Origin: Octopus bimaculoides
Lineage: Eukaryota
Direction: 5' to 3'
DNA length: 64,000 bases
Assembly: GCF_001194135.2 (NCBI RefSeq)
Contig: NC_068984.1
Span: 46,226,722-46,290,721 of the forward strand
Shown: positions 12,895 to 25,590 of the stretch, piece by piece
Layout: every line of letters starts with the position of its first letter
Position numbering within the stretch: the stretch's first letter is position 1
Made by a program: the position numbers and the translations under genes
The notes under the pieces: model-generated
The model's database searches: none
What the model was told of the DNA's origin: nothing
The model's input: only the letters and a program-made list of their open reading frames with translations

Positions 12895-14299
12895 CACTAG
12901 TCCTCGTGACTTCACAAGGTCATATATGATCACTCATTAATTAAGAGCGATGATATTCCGCTAGAACTTTCCAAAATGTAAGGCATATGTAAGATAGCCT
13001 TGGAAGTAAACTCCTAAGACTTGTGCCGTTAGAGGGATACTGCTAGCAATAGCGTAGAGCGGATCAGACGATTGAAAAGCTGATGGTTGTCCAGTTGTGA
13101 AGGAAGGCCGATAGACTATGAACTTGGATGTCTCTTTACAGTATCATATTGAGAAAGCTTCATAAATATACACTTAGCCTCATTGGGAAACTATTATGTG
13201 CCGTAGCTATGAATTTGGGCAACCTGCTTTTGTTTTCCAACACTTATCTGGATCTCTGAATGCAGCAGTCAGTTACTGTTAACGTGTATGGAGAGGGCAA
13301 GTCAATGCGCTTAGTCTTAAATAGCGGTGGTTTTGTCAGTTGCCCCTACACTGTATTTTCACATGTCCATTAAATAATCTGGCAGAAGCGCTGCCTACCT
13401 GGCTAATTAAATTATAATGATATACATGATATACATACATGCATACATACATATACACATAGATACATAGATACGTTCATACGCACATACGTACGAACGT
13501 ACATACTTACATACATACACACAGATAAAGAGAGAGAGAGATGCACACAGAATGAGAGTGAATGAGAAAGAGAGAGATAGAGAGAGAGAGAGAGGGCGGA
13601 ATAGTAAAAGAGAGAGGTTTTATCAGATAATCATTGTAATGAACCATATGAATGAACTCAAAAGGAGAGAAAGAAAACAACGAAAGTTTAGATTTTTCTA
13701 GTTATCGTATTCTTAAAACATAGGTTGATAATAAGACAATTGTTTGAAGAGAATACGAAAGTTGTAACATCTGATGATATGTACAGAGTTTAACATATAA
13801 TATATTGTGTTTCTTCTTTTCCGTTTTATTTTAGACGATAAGATTCGGCTGTGAGAGATTTAGCCGCTATATTCAGTGGCATGAGCGGCTGTGTTTCACA
13901 TCCATTTTGAACGAAATTGCGTGTGAATAATTCTCTGTGTTTCTACACTACTACTTGCACTTTCTCCATTTGTGTTACGTTTATAGTTTCATGTTATTGC
14001 TGTAGATGACTGAAGTAATAACCTTCTTAATACATCGGTGGCCATATTTGAGAATGTTATTGAACGTGAAATATTTACAGTTACATATATATCGACACGC
14101 TGGCATAATTATAATCTATTATAAGATTATGTAAAATTTGATATATTCGTTTATTTAAAAATCCGGTTCTGTCTTGTTACTTAGCGACTGGCTTCACTCT
14201 CTTAAGAAGAACATAAACGAAATTAAAAGAAAATCTCATACAAACATACATACATACAAACGTACTTATGCATGAATATATATATATACATATAAACAG

Positions 14300-14330
<31 letters not shown>

Positions 14331-14418
14331 AATATCTATACATAGATACATACATACGTACATATATGTATATATACATATACATATACTTATATATATA
14401 TATATACATATACATATA

Positions 14419-14467
<49 letters not shown>

Positions 14468-15143
14468 NNNNNNNNNNNNNNNNNNNNNNNNNNNNNNNNN
14501 NNNNNNNNNNNNNNNNNNNNNNNNNNNNNNNNNNNNNNNNNNNNNNNNNNNNNNNNNNNNNNNNNNNNNNNNNNNNNNNNNNNNNNNNNNNNNNNNNNNN
14601 NNNNNNNNNNNNNNNNNNNNNNNNNNNNNNNNNNNNNNNNNNNNNNNNNNNNNNNNNNNNNNNNNNNNNNNNNNNNNNNNNNNNNNNNNNNNNNNNNNNN
14701 NNNNNNNNNNNNNNNNNNNNNNNNNNNATATATATATATATATATATGTACATGCATACACCCCCACACGCACACACACACATATACATATATGCGTGTA
14801 TATATAATACTATATACACTTGTACACATACGTATGTAAATACATATATCTCCTACAATTTATGCGCACTTACACACTCAATCACATCGGCGCATTCTGC
14901 TGCAGATATGTTTATATTTGAATCAAATTATTGTAAGCGGTGGATTCCTACCACCGTTCGTATGAGTTTACTTTTATCATCGTGTTTCTTACCTCATGAG
15001 TAATAAATGAGAACTGAAGCTCTGTCAAGGAACATTGTTAGTTTCAAACAAATAATTTTCTTACAGCACATCGGTCTTTTGTTTTCTCTCGTTTTTATAT
15101 CCAAATAGACTCTCATAGACACATTTATAGACACATGTGTATG

Positions 15144-15183
<40 letters not shown>

Positions 15184-16802
15184 TGTGTGTGTGTAAGTGT
15201 AATCAGAAGAATAGTTATTTGGCAACATATTCTATTGTTGTTCCTACTGTAAATTATGGTTGCAAATATTTAATCTTGAAGGAGACTAGTGGCTTGGTGA
15301 CGTCCCATATGATAACCACATTTTCAGTAGATTTTTCATCCGTTTTAATATATTCATTTATTCAGTACTCGAAATGGATTTTGTGTCGATTTGAACATAG
15401 ATCGGTTACAAAACATTAATGCTGCGTGAACAATAATATACACGATAAAAGGTTGCATTTTTCTCAATAGAGACTTAAGGAAATAAGTAGGCAATAGTAA
15501 AAATAAAAACGATTATTTCGGTGTGTAAGTTGTTAAGATAGGCATGAGTCATGTCCATAATTCTAGTACTTAGCAGTGGATTTTACAGAGCTAAGCGGAT
15601 GAGAGACACATTTTATCCGATTAAAATCGGACAGAATATCGAATGCGAATTAAGGTAATGTAGAGACACCGGCACGATATGAATGTCCCACATTCTGGTA
15701 AAGAAATTTCATTTCTAACCATAAACACACGCGCACGCGCACGAACACTCGCATACACAAAACACACACGCACACATAAAACACACACGTACACACAAAA
15801 CACACACGTACACACAAAACACATACGTACACACAAAACACACAGGCACAAGCATGTGTGTTTACACATACAAGCAAATTATGTGTGTGTGTGTGTGTGT
15901 GTGTGTGTATAAATTTGCATACACACATATACATACACACAGGCACACATATATATACATATATACTGAGAGAAAGAGAGAGAGGGGGAGAGAGATTGGT
16001 ATTCGCGTATAACCTGTAACTATTTATTTAAAACGCCTTAATAATCATTATGCTACAAGATCATCTGCCCAGAAGTGAGTGCCTGTTAAAATAAGTGTAA
16101 TGCCATGATGCGTGTGCAGTGGCTAAATATCCATGCAATACATATAACGAATGGAATACAAGTTGATACATTTAAATTTCATACGTTTACGATTGTTTCA
16201 GTAGTGGTTAGATAACCTTTTCGTCAGAGGAGGAAACTCAAAATAAACTCTTGATTTAATAACTGAAGTTAATTTTGTGTAGAGAATAAAGAATAAAGGA
16301 CGGAAAGAAATAATTAAAAGCAAGTATAAAATAAATGATAAAATTACCACTACAACACCTCTACCATTGATTAAAAAAGAAAACAGAATTACAGCTCGCA
16401 AACCGCATATTCCTTGACAAGTGAGTAATTATTCTTTAAAATAAGATGTACCTTCACAGAATTTCATTTTTTTTTTTAAGCATACAGATCTGCACATACC
16501 TACTGTGTTTAAATTGTCACTCATTCATTATTTGTTCTTGACTCGATCCTTAAGTCACCTGTTATGGAAACTATTGCATGTCGTGCTGGCGACGAATCTT
16601 CTATCAGCCTGTGCATTATGATTGAAATAGCAGTCATCTCTTCAAACTCTGATTTCTGTCTTAAGAATAAAGGACACATAAAGTAGAAAATATTCGTTCA
16701 TGGACTTACATACACACGCAGGCACACTCACATATATATGTAAACGTCTATGAAATAGCTGAGAGCCCACGACCTCTAAATATGGTATATATATATATAT
16801 AA

Positions 16803-17244
16803 ATAACACGTAAAGAACACCTTTCGAGCGTTGGACCTCACAGAGGGAATGTGGTTAACTTCGTTTCGAGCGTGGGGCCTCAAGGAGGCAAAGTGGGTGA
16901 GTTCTTTTCGAGTGTTGGGCCTCACGGAGACAATGCCTGATACCTTTGGCATTATGTCGTACTTCAGAGGAAGACCCGTGAAGCCGAGCAAAATCGCAGT
17001 CGTGTTAGATCCCGGTGGCTCGCAAAAGCACTCTGGTGTCACGTAAATGGCACTCGTGCCGATAGCATTACGCCTATTACACTCTCGGAGTGGTTGACGC
17101 TAGGAAAGGCACCTAGCCATAAAAAAAAACATGCGAAATCAGACTGGAGTCTTTGCAGCCTTCCAGTGTGCCAGCTTGGTCAAACCGTCCACCCCATACC
17201 AGTGTAGACAATAGACGTTACATGATAATGATGATGATGATGAT
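16803..17244 (+). mobile_element. Interspersed retroposon-like element with three 42-bp internal repeats and a (GAT)n tail
   Basis: TTTCGAG(C/T)GT.GG.CCTCA units start at 16822, 16864 and 16906. GC-richer body, 3' end CAAACCGTCCACCCCATACCAG...GACGTTA followed by a (GAT)n tail. Resembles a common octopus repeat from memory. Confidence 0.7.
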
Positions 17245-17273
17245 AGATATGTATATTACTCTTTATTTAAGTG

Positions 17274-17541
17274 AAGTTGCGTGACTCAGTGGTTAGAGTG
17301 TCGGGCTCACAATCATTAAGTGAATTCAATTCTCGGACCGAGCTGCGTGTTCTTTATTTCACGTTGTTCCAGTTTACTCAGCTGTAGAAGTGAGTTGCGA
17401 TGTCACTGGTGCCAAACTGTATCGGTCTTTGTCTTTCCTCTGCATAACATCGGTAGCGTGCAAAGGGGAGGCTGGTACGCATTGGTGATGACTGCTCTCC
17501 CATAACCTTATTCGAACTTGTGCCTCGGAATGGAACTTCTA
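17274..17541 (+). mobile_element. tRNA-derived SINE (CORE-like family)
   Basis: A-box-like TGACTCAGTGG and B-box-like GAATTCAATTCTC, then TTTATTTCACGTTGTTCCAGTTTACTCAGCTG. The 3' part carries the same TTGTGCC motif as the other SINEs. Confidence 0.7.
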
Positions 17542-20207
17542 AGACCCGTGAAGTCAGAGAAATACAGCTAGCAATAACGAAGTGCAGACCATACAACTGA
17601 AGGGCTGATGGCAATCCAGATGGCGGTCCTGAACACGATTAGTTTCCACATCGAAGAAGCTCACAGAAACTGTGTGTATGTTAGGTTGAAGTCGTATAGA
17701 AATAGACTGAAGTATGTATGCTGATATTTGATTAAGACTTAATCCAGAACGTTAACTACGATAACACACTGGATGGGCACAATGCGACATTACTTACAAA
17801 TTTCATCGCAATTTCTTTCTACCACCCACTTATAGAATATACATACGTTAAAACTACCCCACCTCAGTAACGGCAAAATATTACAAAGCACATATGTGAA
17901 GATTACAAATATAGAAAGTCGTGCTACGATATATGAATTTCTGACATTAAAATAAGGTTGCAGATTTATCAATTTAATAACCCCAGAGTTTGACTGATAT
18001 TTTGTATCCCGAATGAAAAACTTCGAGTCATTATATTTCAAGGTCATACTTTCGAAAGTGTGTTCACGTTAATATGCCTCTAATTCTATGATGAGAAAAA
18101 CAGTTATATTTTACGAATACAGATAAAAGAAAAATACTTTTGTTTATCTTTCTGTTCCCTTTAAACGCGCGTGAACCGAGCACGAGCGTGTGAGCTGGTC
18201 AATAATCAGTACCTAACCCATAAAGATATAAATACTTGCTCCTCGTTCTTCTCTTCTTCTTGCTTACTTTCTATTATTATATATTTTACTTTCTTCCTTG
18301 CTACTCACGGAATTTCATTTCCACGTCTTTGTAATGATTTCTTTTCTAATTCAAATGGGGGCTTTGTAAGTTATATTATAACTTAGAAACCTCCTATTGT
18401 TGTATTCAAATCTAGTTTATATTAAAGTTACTAGATTTATATTTGTGGTACACGAGATTAAATTAGTTTTGCTGCCACATCTTCTGGAACTATTTCTACC
18501 ATTTCAGCTACTACTGCTAGTGAAAGTTGTTGATAAGGTTAAGGAAGACATTGTTATTGTTAGTTTTGTTTTTGTAGCATCTCTCTCGAACTACTTTCAC
18601 TAGTCAACATTCGATACTTTAGTATCATCTTTCTTATTCACAGTCTTTTAATATGTAAATATATCAGCTGTCCTACTCCAAACTTCTCCGTATCCAGCTG
18701 TTTACTGTTATGCGAAGTAACATTTCTCTGTTAGTATACACAACTGCATTCACACATACAAGCGCGCGCGTGTGTATATATGTATATATATATGTTACAC
18801 ACACACTAATACAAAACCACAAATACGCACACACACATACACACATGGACACACACACACACACACACACATATGCAGATAGACATACTCAAATATACAA
18901 TAGAGGAACATATGCACGCTTCCAATGAGTTGTTATGTCTTTCAAATGATAAATCTACCAACCGTTTAGGAATAAAACAATTTAATATACTAATAATAGA
19001 TGTTTAGTTGCTGACGTATATTTATAGCTTGAAATAAATTCCGTTAGAAGTATATAATCTGTTATTGCTGTTGACTAGCTTTTAAGCGATATTCAATAGA
19101 TTATAACGATCTGCTCGATTAGCGTTGAAAAAAACATGTTTTGTTATCTTTTGTTTATGTTAACATGATGTGGCAGACTAATTTGGCAGATTATTGTTTA
19201 CTTCGAGGCGAAAAGTAATATTCTTAGGTCTAATTCTAAATATATTCGCTGCTATTTCTATTGTTGTTATTGTTGTTGCTGATGAAAGGTGCGAATAAAC
19301 ATGATATTTATTTTCTTACAGTTATAGTATGCGTTTTGTCCTGTAATATTTGGAACGCATTTCTTTTCCTTAGAAATGTAGGTGTTATTTGAGGCTACGG
19401 TGTAGGGTACTTTCTCTTTGTACCGAGCTTTGTATACAAGTATAAACACACACAGATACACACATACACACACACACACACATTGTTCTCATTATAAGAA
19501 TTATATAAAACTGTAAACCGTAGCACGTAAATTTTGCGCTTGAGTCCCACGGGCAGGCTCCGACTCTTGCTACAAAAATGAAATTTTCCACCCAAAATTT
19601 ACATAGTTTTATTTGATTCAAGGATGACTGATCTAAAACAGAATAACCTCAGAATGAAAGCAAGTTAATTTACTAATACGCAAACCATCTCGAATGAATT
19701 TGACCACAGATATGCTAGGTGAGGATTAACTTGTATTTAAATTGGGACAATAGAATTCAAATATGTATGTCATGAGTCGTCACATTCGAAATTATACTTC
19801 TATATAACGAATAATTCACACTAAGTTATTTCTGATAAAATATTTGCATAGATTTCTTGAAGCCAGTGCGTTATAAGAGATTGTTATCGATTCAGTATCT
19901 CGGAGTAATGACAGAAGAATTCGAATCTAATGTGCTTTGAACACACAAACATTTGTAACTAAATTCAGGAGTGTGCGCTGCTACAATGGGCAATGAATCG
20001 GCAAAATCGGCAGAGCGGCGGATAGAACACCGTGTATTTTCGTTCAGCTCTCTACGTTCACAATCATAATAGAGTAGGAACAGGTCGGTGGAAATAGATT
20101 GAGTGTCTAGTGAATGCTTTTTTTCAGATACACTAATATATCAGAAAAAATCTCCAAAATTGGTTAGATGTTCATTATAGCAATATACTGAAATAAAATA
20201 AAATAAA

Positions 20208-20210
<3 letters not shown>

Positions 20211-20292
<82 letters not shown>
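20211..20292. repeat. (TAA)n microsatellite
   Basis: Direct observation. Confidence 0.97.
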
Positions 20293-20293
<1 letters not shown>

Positions 20294-20307
20294 TAGATAA
20301 TAATAAT

Positions 20308-20801
20308 ATCCTTATCAGGCAACGGCTCTCATGGCTTTTGATCTTAACTGATTGGAAATGTTATTATATACATTGGTTTGTCTTGGTATAAAAGATGAGT
20401 ACAGCAAATATTCTGCTCAATACGACAGAGTTGCTTGTCATTTGCTTGACCTTAACTAGTTGAGCATGTCCCTTAGTGGCTGACGATATGTGCATCTCTG
20501 ATCACGAGCAGAAGTAGTTGGGGTTTGAATAATTCTTCTCTGGAAGCATGGGCATTTTGCTACTTTTCCTTCAAACAAAACTTATTTAGGGACCTCTTGA
20601 GTGGAATGGGCTACTCGACTAGAAGAAACTTCTAAAGTCATGCGCTATTTATCTTGATATGAGGTCACCAAGTAACGTACATATGGTTGTGATGCATGTG
20701 CCTGGTGTTCCCTTGCCAGACGGGTAGCCATGATGGGTATATTGGGCCTCGTATATTTGTACCTCAGTGTCACTTTGATGGGATGCGCTGCTCTCTCACT
20801 C
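20308..20801. mobile_element. Non-coding interspersed element of about 490 bp flanked on both sides by (TAA)n
   Basis: GC-richer block bounded by TAA repeats at 20211-20307 and 20802-20810. Resembles an abundant octopus repeat from memory. Class not determinable here. Confidence 0.6.
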
Positions 20802-21395
20802 AATAATAATAAGAATAAGAACGACAGTGATGATAATAATTATGATCTATTTAATTAGAACTGTATCCTTTCTCAGCCATCTCTACTGGAATGGGTCATT
20901 TAGCATTAACAAAATTATATTTTAAACTGATTGAGATCAGGCAATCAATCAATCAATCTATCAAACCGTGCGTGTGTTTGTTTGTTTGTTTATGTTTATT
21001 TATGTGTACATGTATGAAGGTATACATACATATAAAGATATATATATAGANNNNNNNNNNNNNNNNNNNNNNNNNNNNNNNNNNNNNNNNNNNNNNNNNN
21101 NNNNNNNNNNNNNNNNNNNNNNNNNNNNNNNNNNNNNNNNNNNNNNNNNNNNNNNNNNNNNNNNNNNNNNNNNNNNNNNNNNNNNNNNNNNNNNNNNNNN
21201 NNNNNNNNNNNNNNNNNNNNNNNNNNNNNNNNNNNNNNNNNNNNNNNNNNNNNNNNNNNNNNNNNNNNNNNNNNNNNNNNNNNNNNNNNNNNNNNNNNNN
21301 NNNNNNNNNNNNNNNNNNNNNNNNNNNNNNNNNNNNNNNNNNNNNNNNNNNNNNNNNNNNNNNNNNNNNNNNNNNNNNNNNNNNNNNNNNNNNNN

Positions 21396-21448
<53 letters not shown>

Positions 21449-22202
21449 AAGAGAGAAGTAGGAGAACGATAGCGACAGAGAATCCCGCTACGTTTTGATA
21501 TCCGTATATCCAAATAATTCATTTATGCAGAGATGTAGTGTTTTTAATAAGTCTAAACAATGCTACTAACCATCTGTTATTCTCTCTAATCATTGCGCAA
21601 CGTTTCATGAAACGAAATTCTACATTCTATTGTATACATATTCCCTTTGTAGATAAATTCCAGACTATATCGGATTGTTCTTTATTCAGTTTAGCACGAT
21701 TCTCTCTGAACAAATATTAGATCCCAACTTACTAAATCCAGTTTGTCTCTGTTCACAAATATGCATAACCAGGCTGGAAATGGTTTACAAGAATTTACAA
21801 AATTCAACTTTATATGTGTCTCTGATCAGCAAATGAGGGATTGCAGTTGTTCTATTCTAGCAAGATGGTTGTTCGATCATTTCTTATTAGCATAGAATAT
21901 GGTATTGCTTAGACGAGAATTTTACTCAGTTAGTTGCACAAAACACCATGCAGCATAGAACAATGGAGCTTAGAAATATAAAAGATCTGATATTTTTTCT
22001 TTCGATTGAAATTTACATAATGAAAAGACCTGATCAATAGGTCAGTAGACTATTGATTTACTATACTATTTACATATGTAAAATGGATTGTTCTATGCTG
22101 AGTAAGTCCGGGAGGTTGCTGCCTCGAGTGCCGAGATTTATAGGACTGGTCGCGGTTTCCATGGCATGTAAGTGACCGAGGCGAATCTGTATAAGTGGTT
22201 GA

Positions 22203-23165
22203 TGCAAGTCCCGCATCAACCTTATTGAAGACACAACATACAAATTCAAATCAGGACAGATTTTTACCGTAAAAAATCACTTTACATGTTCCTCAGGGAA
22301 TTCATTAAACGCTATCAAATGTCAAGGATGTAATGAAGATCACATAGGTCAAACAAAGCCTACTCTAAGAAATAGACTGACCATTCACCGACAACAAATG
22401 CAAGACTCCAGTACTAGACAAATTTCACTGAATAGACACATAGACATATGTGCAAAAATTAAGTCCCCCAAATTCCAGTTCTTCCCACTCTACCAATGTT
22501 CAGCGAATACAACAGATGAAGCAAGGATGAACAAAGAAAATACTTTCATACAAAAGTACAAGCCAATACTTAACAAACTCTAACAGAGTACATACACAAA
22601 TTACTATTCACTCACAAAACTCATTTTGCTATTTAACATGATGAATCTACACACCTAACAACCTAAAGTTTAGCCACTGGACTACATACAAACGACTCCT
22701 GTCTACTCTTCCACCAGACAGATTAAATTTGTTGGCGCAGAATATACTGCCACGTGACACTAACACACAAACCTAGCAGGAAACAGACAAATCATGTGTT
22801 CATTCTCTACAGATACTTGACAAAACATTCAGAACATTGATTGTTTGGACATATTCAGTCAACCGTGTCAGCCTTAACGTATGGCGCTAAACATTGTCAC
22901 TTGACACTAGCACACGGATGTAGCGGGGAGCCTACAAAACTGTCTAAGACCAGTCATGTGACTATCCTCTACCAATCAGTCCTATTCAAAACATATACTG
23001 ATTTGAGCCATGAAACCCCTATAAACATTTGTCAGGCTTCAAACACTAGTAAGAAGCAAGACAGCTGCGACTTAAGACACGTCTTTCTATTTCAACCTTT
23101 TGAAAATCCGTGTCAACTGTGAAACTGGTTAAAGCTTTCAATATATTGATAAAGAACATTTTAAC
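22203..23165 (+). mobile_element. Penelope-like element fragment: GIY-YIG endonuclease C-terminus plus 3' pseudo-LTR-like region
   Basis: Stop-free frame 22203-22583 (126 aa) contains ...KNHFTCSSGNSLNAIKCQGCNEDHIGQTKPTLRNRLTIHRQQ...ENTFIQKYKPILNKL*. This shows the CxxC between the GIY and YIG positions and the R..H and E...N motifs of Penelope endonucleases. The extent of the downstream non-coding part is approximate. Confidence 0.8.
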
Positions 23166-23175
23166 TATACACACA

Positions 23176-23216
<41 letters not shown>

Positions 23217-23969
23217 GTATTATATATGCATGTATGTTTGTATGTATATGACTAACTCGAATATAGCATTGCGTAAAAGTATCTGTACACTTGTTGATTT
23301 ATCAAATTGCAATATTAAATATAAAAAAAGAAACAACTTGTTACTTAAGGTATAAACAGATTCGAGGCAATAAACACAGAAAAGTACTTAAAATTTGCGG
23401 TCATTGCTCCAGTAGGGCGTTCACAGTGGTGGTTAACACAAACTAGAGCTGAATAACTATCGATTCTTCCCATTAACAGAATGATACACATTTTATTTGA
23501 AGGATTTATTTTATTGAATTGATTCCAAGTGAATTACTTGATATATGTTTTACTGACACTCGGTCAGATGAAAAGAAAAGTCAGCCTCAATGACATTTCA
23601 GTTCCAGACGTACGAGGATAAAAGTAAATGCAGCAAATATCTATTTCGGTTTTCTAGTAGTTAGTTCTAAAGGTCTCTCACTCTCTGCCCTAATGAGCAA
23701 AAATATTGATTGCCATTGTTTTTATAGCCCTAGGACCGTCCTACCCAAGGAAAACCCATTATCAAAAACCATAAAACAGAATATTATTTTTACAAAATGC
23801 GTTGTATAATATGCCCATCATTTTAAGGCGATAGAGTATGATTTAAATGAGTTCTTGCTGTTATCTATATTTAATTTCACGGACATATACGGGCTTCCTT
23901 TTTCGATTCAGTAAATATTAATTTCATACATTTATGGCTGAGAGATTTATTTAACTGAATTGACCAACA

Positions 23970-24026
23970 TAGAACATATTTGTCCGTCTATACAATGCTG
24001 TAGAACATATTTGTCCGTCTATACAA
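23970..24026. repeat. Tandem duplication, 26-bp perfect repeat with period 31
   Basis: TAGAACATATTTGTCCGTCTATACAA at 23970-23995 and 24001-24026. Confidence 0.95.
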
Positions 24027-24625
24027 ATGTGAAAATGTGAAGGTCACCTCAATTGGATTTGCACCGGAAAAAAAAAGAAAAATAGAGAAAAATTAAAATA
24101 AGAAACAAAGAGCAGAATAGCAAAACATTAACTACTGTAACTATTATTGCTATCATTTCTAGTATTTCAATACTATCGCCTGAATAAAGTCAAATGTTAG
24201 TTTGTTGCAGCAAGAAAAATATCTAACGTTTCGAGCAATTTCTAAAAGGTTATTAGTATAAAGTATGTAGAAGTTCGTGAGCGAAATTTGAGAAGAAGGA
24301 GGAGGAGTAATTGAAATTTGGCCTGGAGGATGAGAAGATGAATAAGGAGTTAAGAAAGGAAGAAGAGGAGAGTTAGAAGTAAAGAAGAGCGTGCATCGAA
24401 GAAAGTACACCGAACGCAAGGAGTTATTTGGGGCTGTAACCGAATCATTGCTGGTGTTGATCATGGCCTGGTTGATACGTGGGTGGTAGCTAGTAGCAAA
24501 GAGAAAGACAAATTGAAAATGCGAAAATGACTAAATAAACATCAACTTTCGTAAACATATATCCTCATCTATGAACATATATATAGATATAGACATACAT
24601 ATACATACATACATACATACATACG

Positions 24626-24668
<43 letters not shown>

Positions 24669-25040
24669 CGTAAACATAGGCATTTATAAACGTATAAACA
24701 CGTCATTCAGTTTGCATTAACAGTCTCCAAGGAAACACAAGTCTCACAATGCAAACAGAAAGATACAATCTCCAAATCACCTACAACGTCTATAATAAAC
24801 ACAAACACACAAAAAGATACACTGAAATACATACACACGTATTTACATACATATACATACACACACATGCATAATATTATATACCGAAACACACCCTCGT
24901 GCACATACATGCGCACACAAACATACACTAGCGCACGTTCACCAGAATAATATGTTTCCGCTAAACACACAGCTGTTAATATTAAATATAAAAAAAACAC
25001 ATATAGACGGGAAGTTTATTAATAGATATATACTCACCTG

Positions 25041-25288
25041 TATTCTGTACTTGATTCATTCATTAGACTGCAGCCATGCTGGGACACCTCATTGAAGGGT
25101 CTAGTCGAACAAATCGACCCCAGTACTATTTTTGTAAAGTTTGGTACTTATTTTGTCGATATCTTTTTACCAAACCTCCAAATATGGAGACGTACCCACA
25201 CCAAGACCGGTCGTCACGCAGTGGTGGGATACACACACAAGCACAAAGACACACACATACATATATACATACATATATATGTATGTGC

Positions 25289-25323
<35 letters not shown>

Positions 25324-25590
25324 NNNNNNNNNNNNNNNNNNNNNNNNNNNNNNNNNNNNNNNNNNNNNNNNNNNNNNNNNNNNNNNNNNNNNNNNNNNNN
25401 NNNNNNNNNNNNNNNNNNNNNTATATAAGTATATATGCGTTAAGCTTCTTTCATTTTCTGTCTGCAAAATCAACTCACAAAGCTTTGATATGCTCACAGC
25501 TGTAGTAGAAGACACTTGCCAAAGCTGTTACTGAAACTAGAGCCGAGTGCTTCGAAAAAAAGTTCTTTACCTCACAGCCATATCTGCACC
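25041..25590 (-). mobile_element. Long CORE-type SINE with an internal (TA/TG)n microsatellite spanning an assembly gap
   Basis: Minus strand reads: tRNA-like head (GGTGCAGATATGGCTGTGAGGTAAAG), TTGGCAAGTGTCTTCTACTACAGC core-like segment, microsatellite and gap, then the 3' part ending GCATGGCTGCAGTCTAATGAATGAATCAAGTACAG. Confidence 0.75.

Noticed and set aside
16822-16947. Regularly spaced repeats that superficially resemble a CRISPR array
   Set aside because: The whole 42-bp unit is repeated with no unique spacers, the context is eukaryotic and no cas genes are present.
25030-25050. Consensus donor CAG|GTGAGT on the minus strand
   Set aside because: It lies at the SINE 3' tail with no upstream acceptor or open frame.
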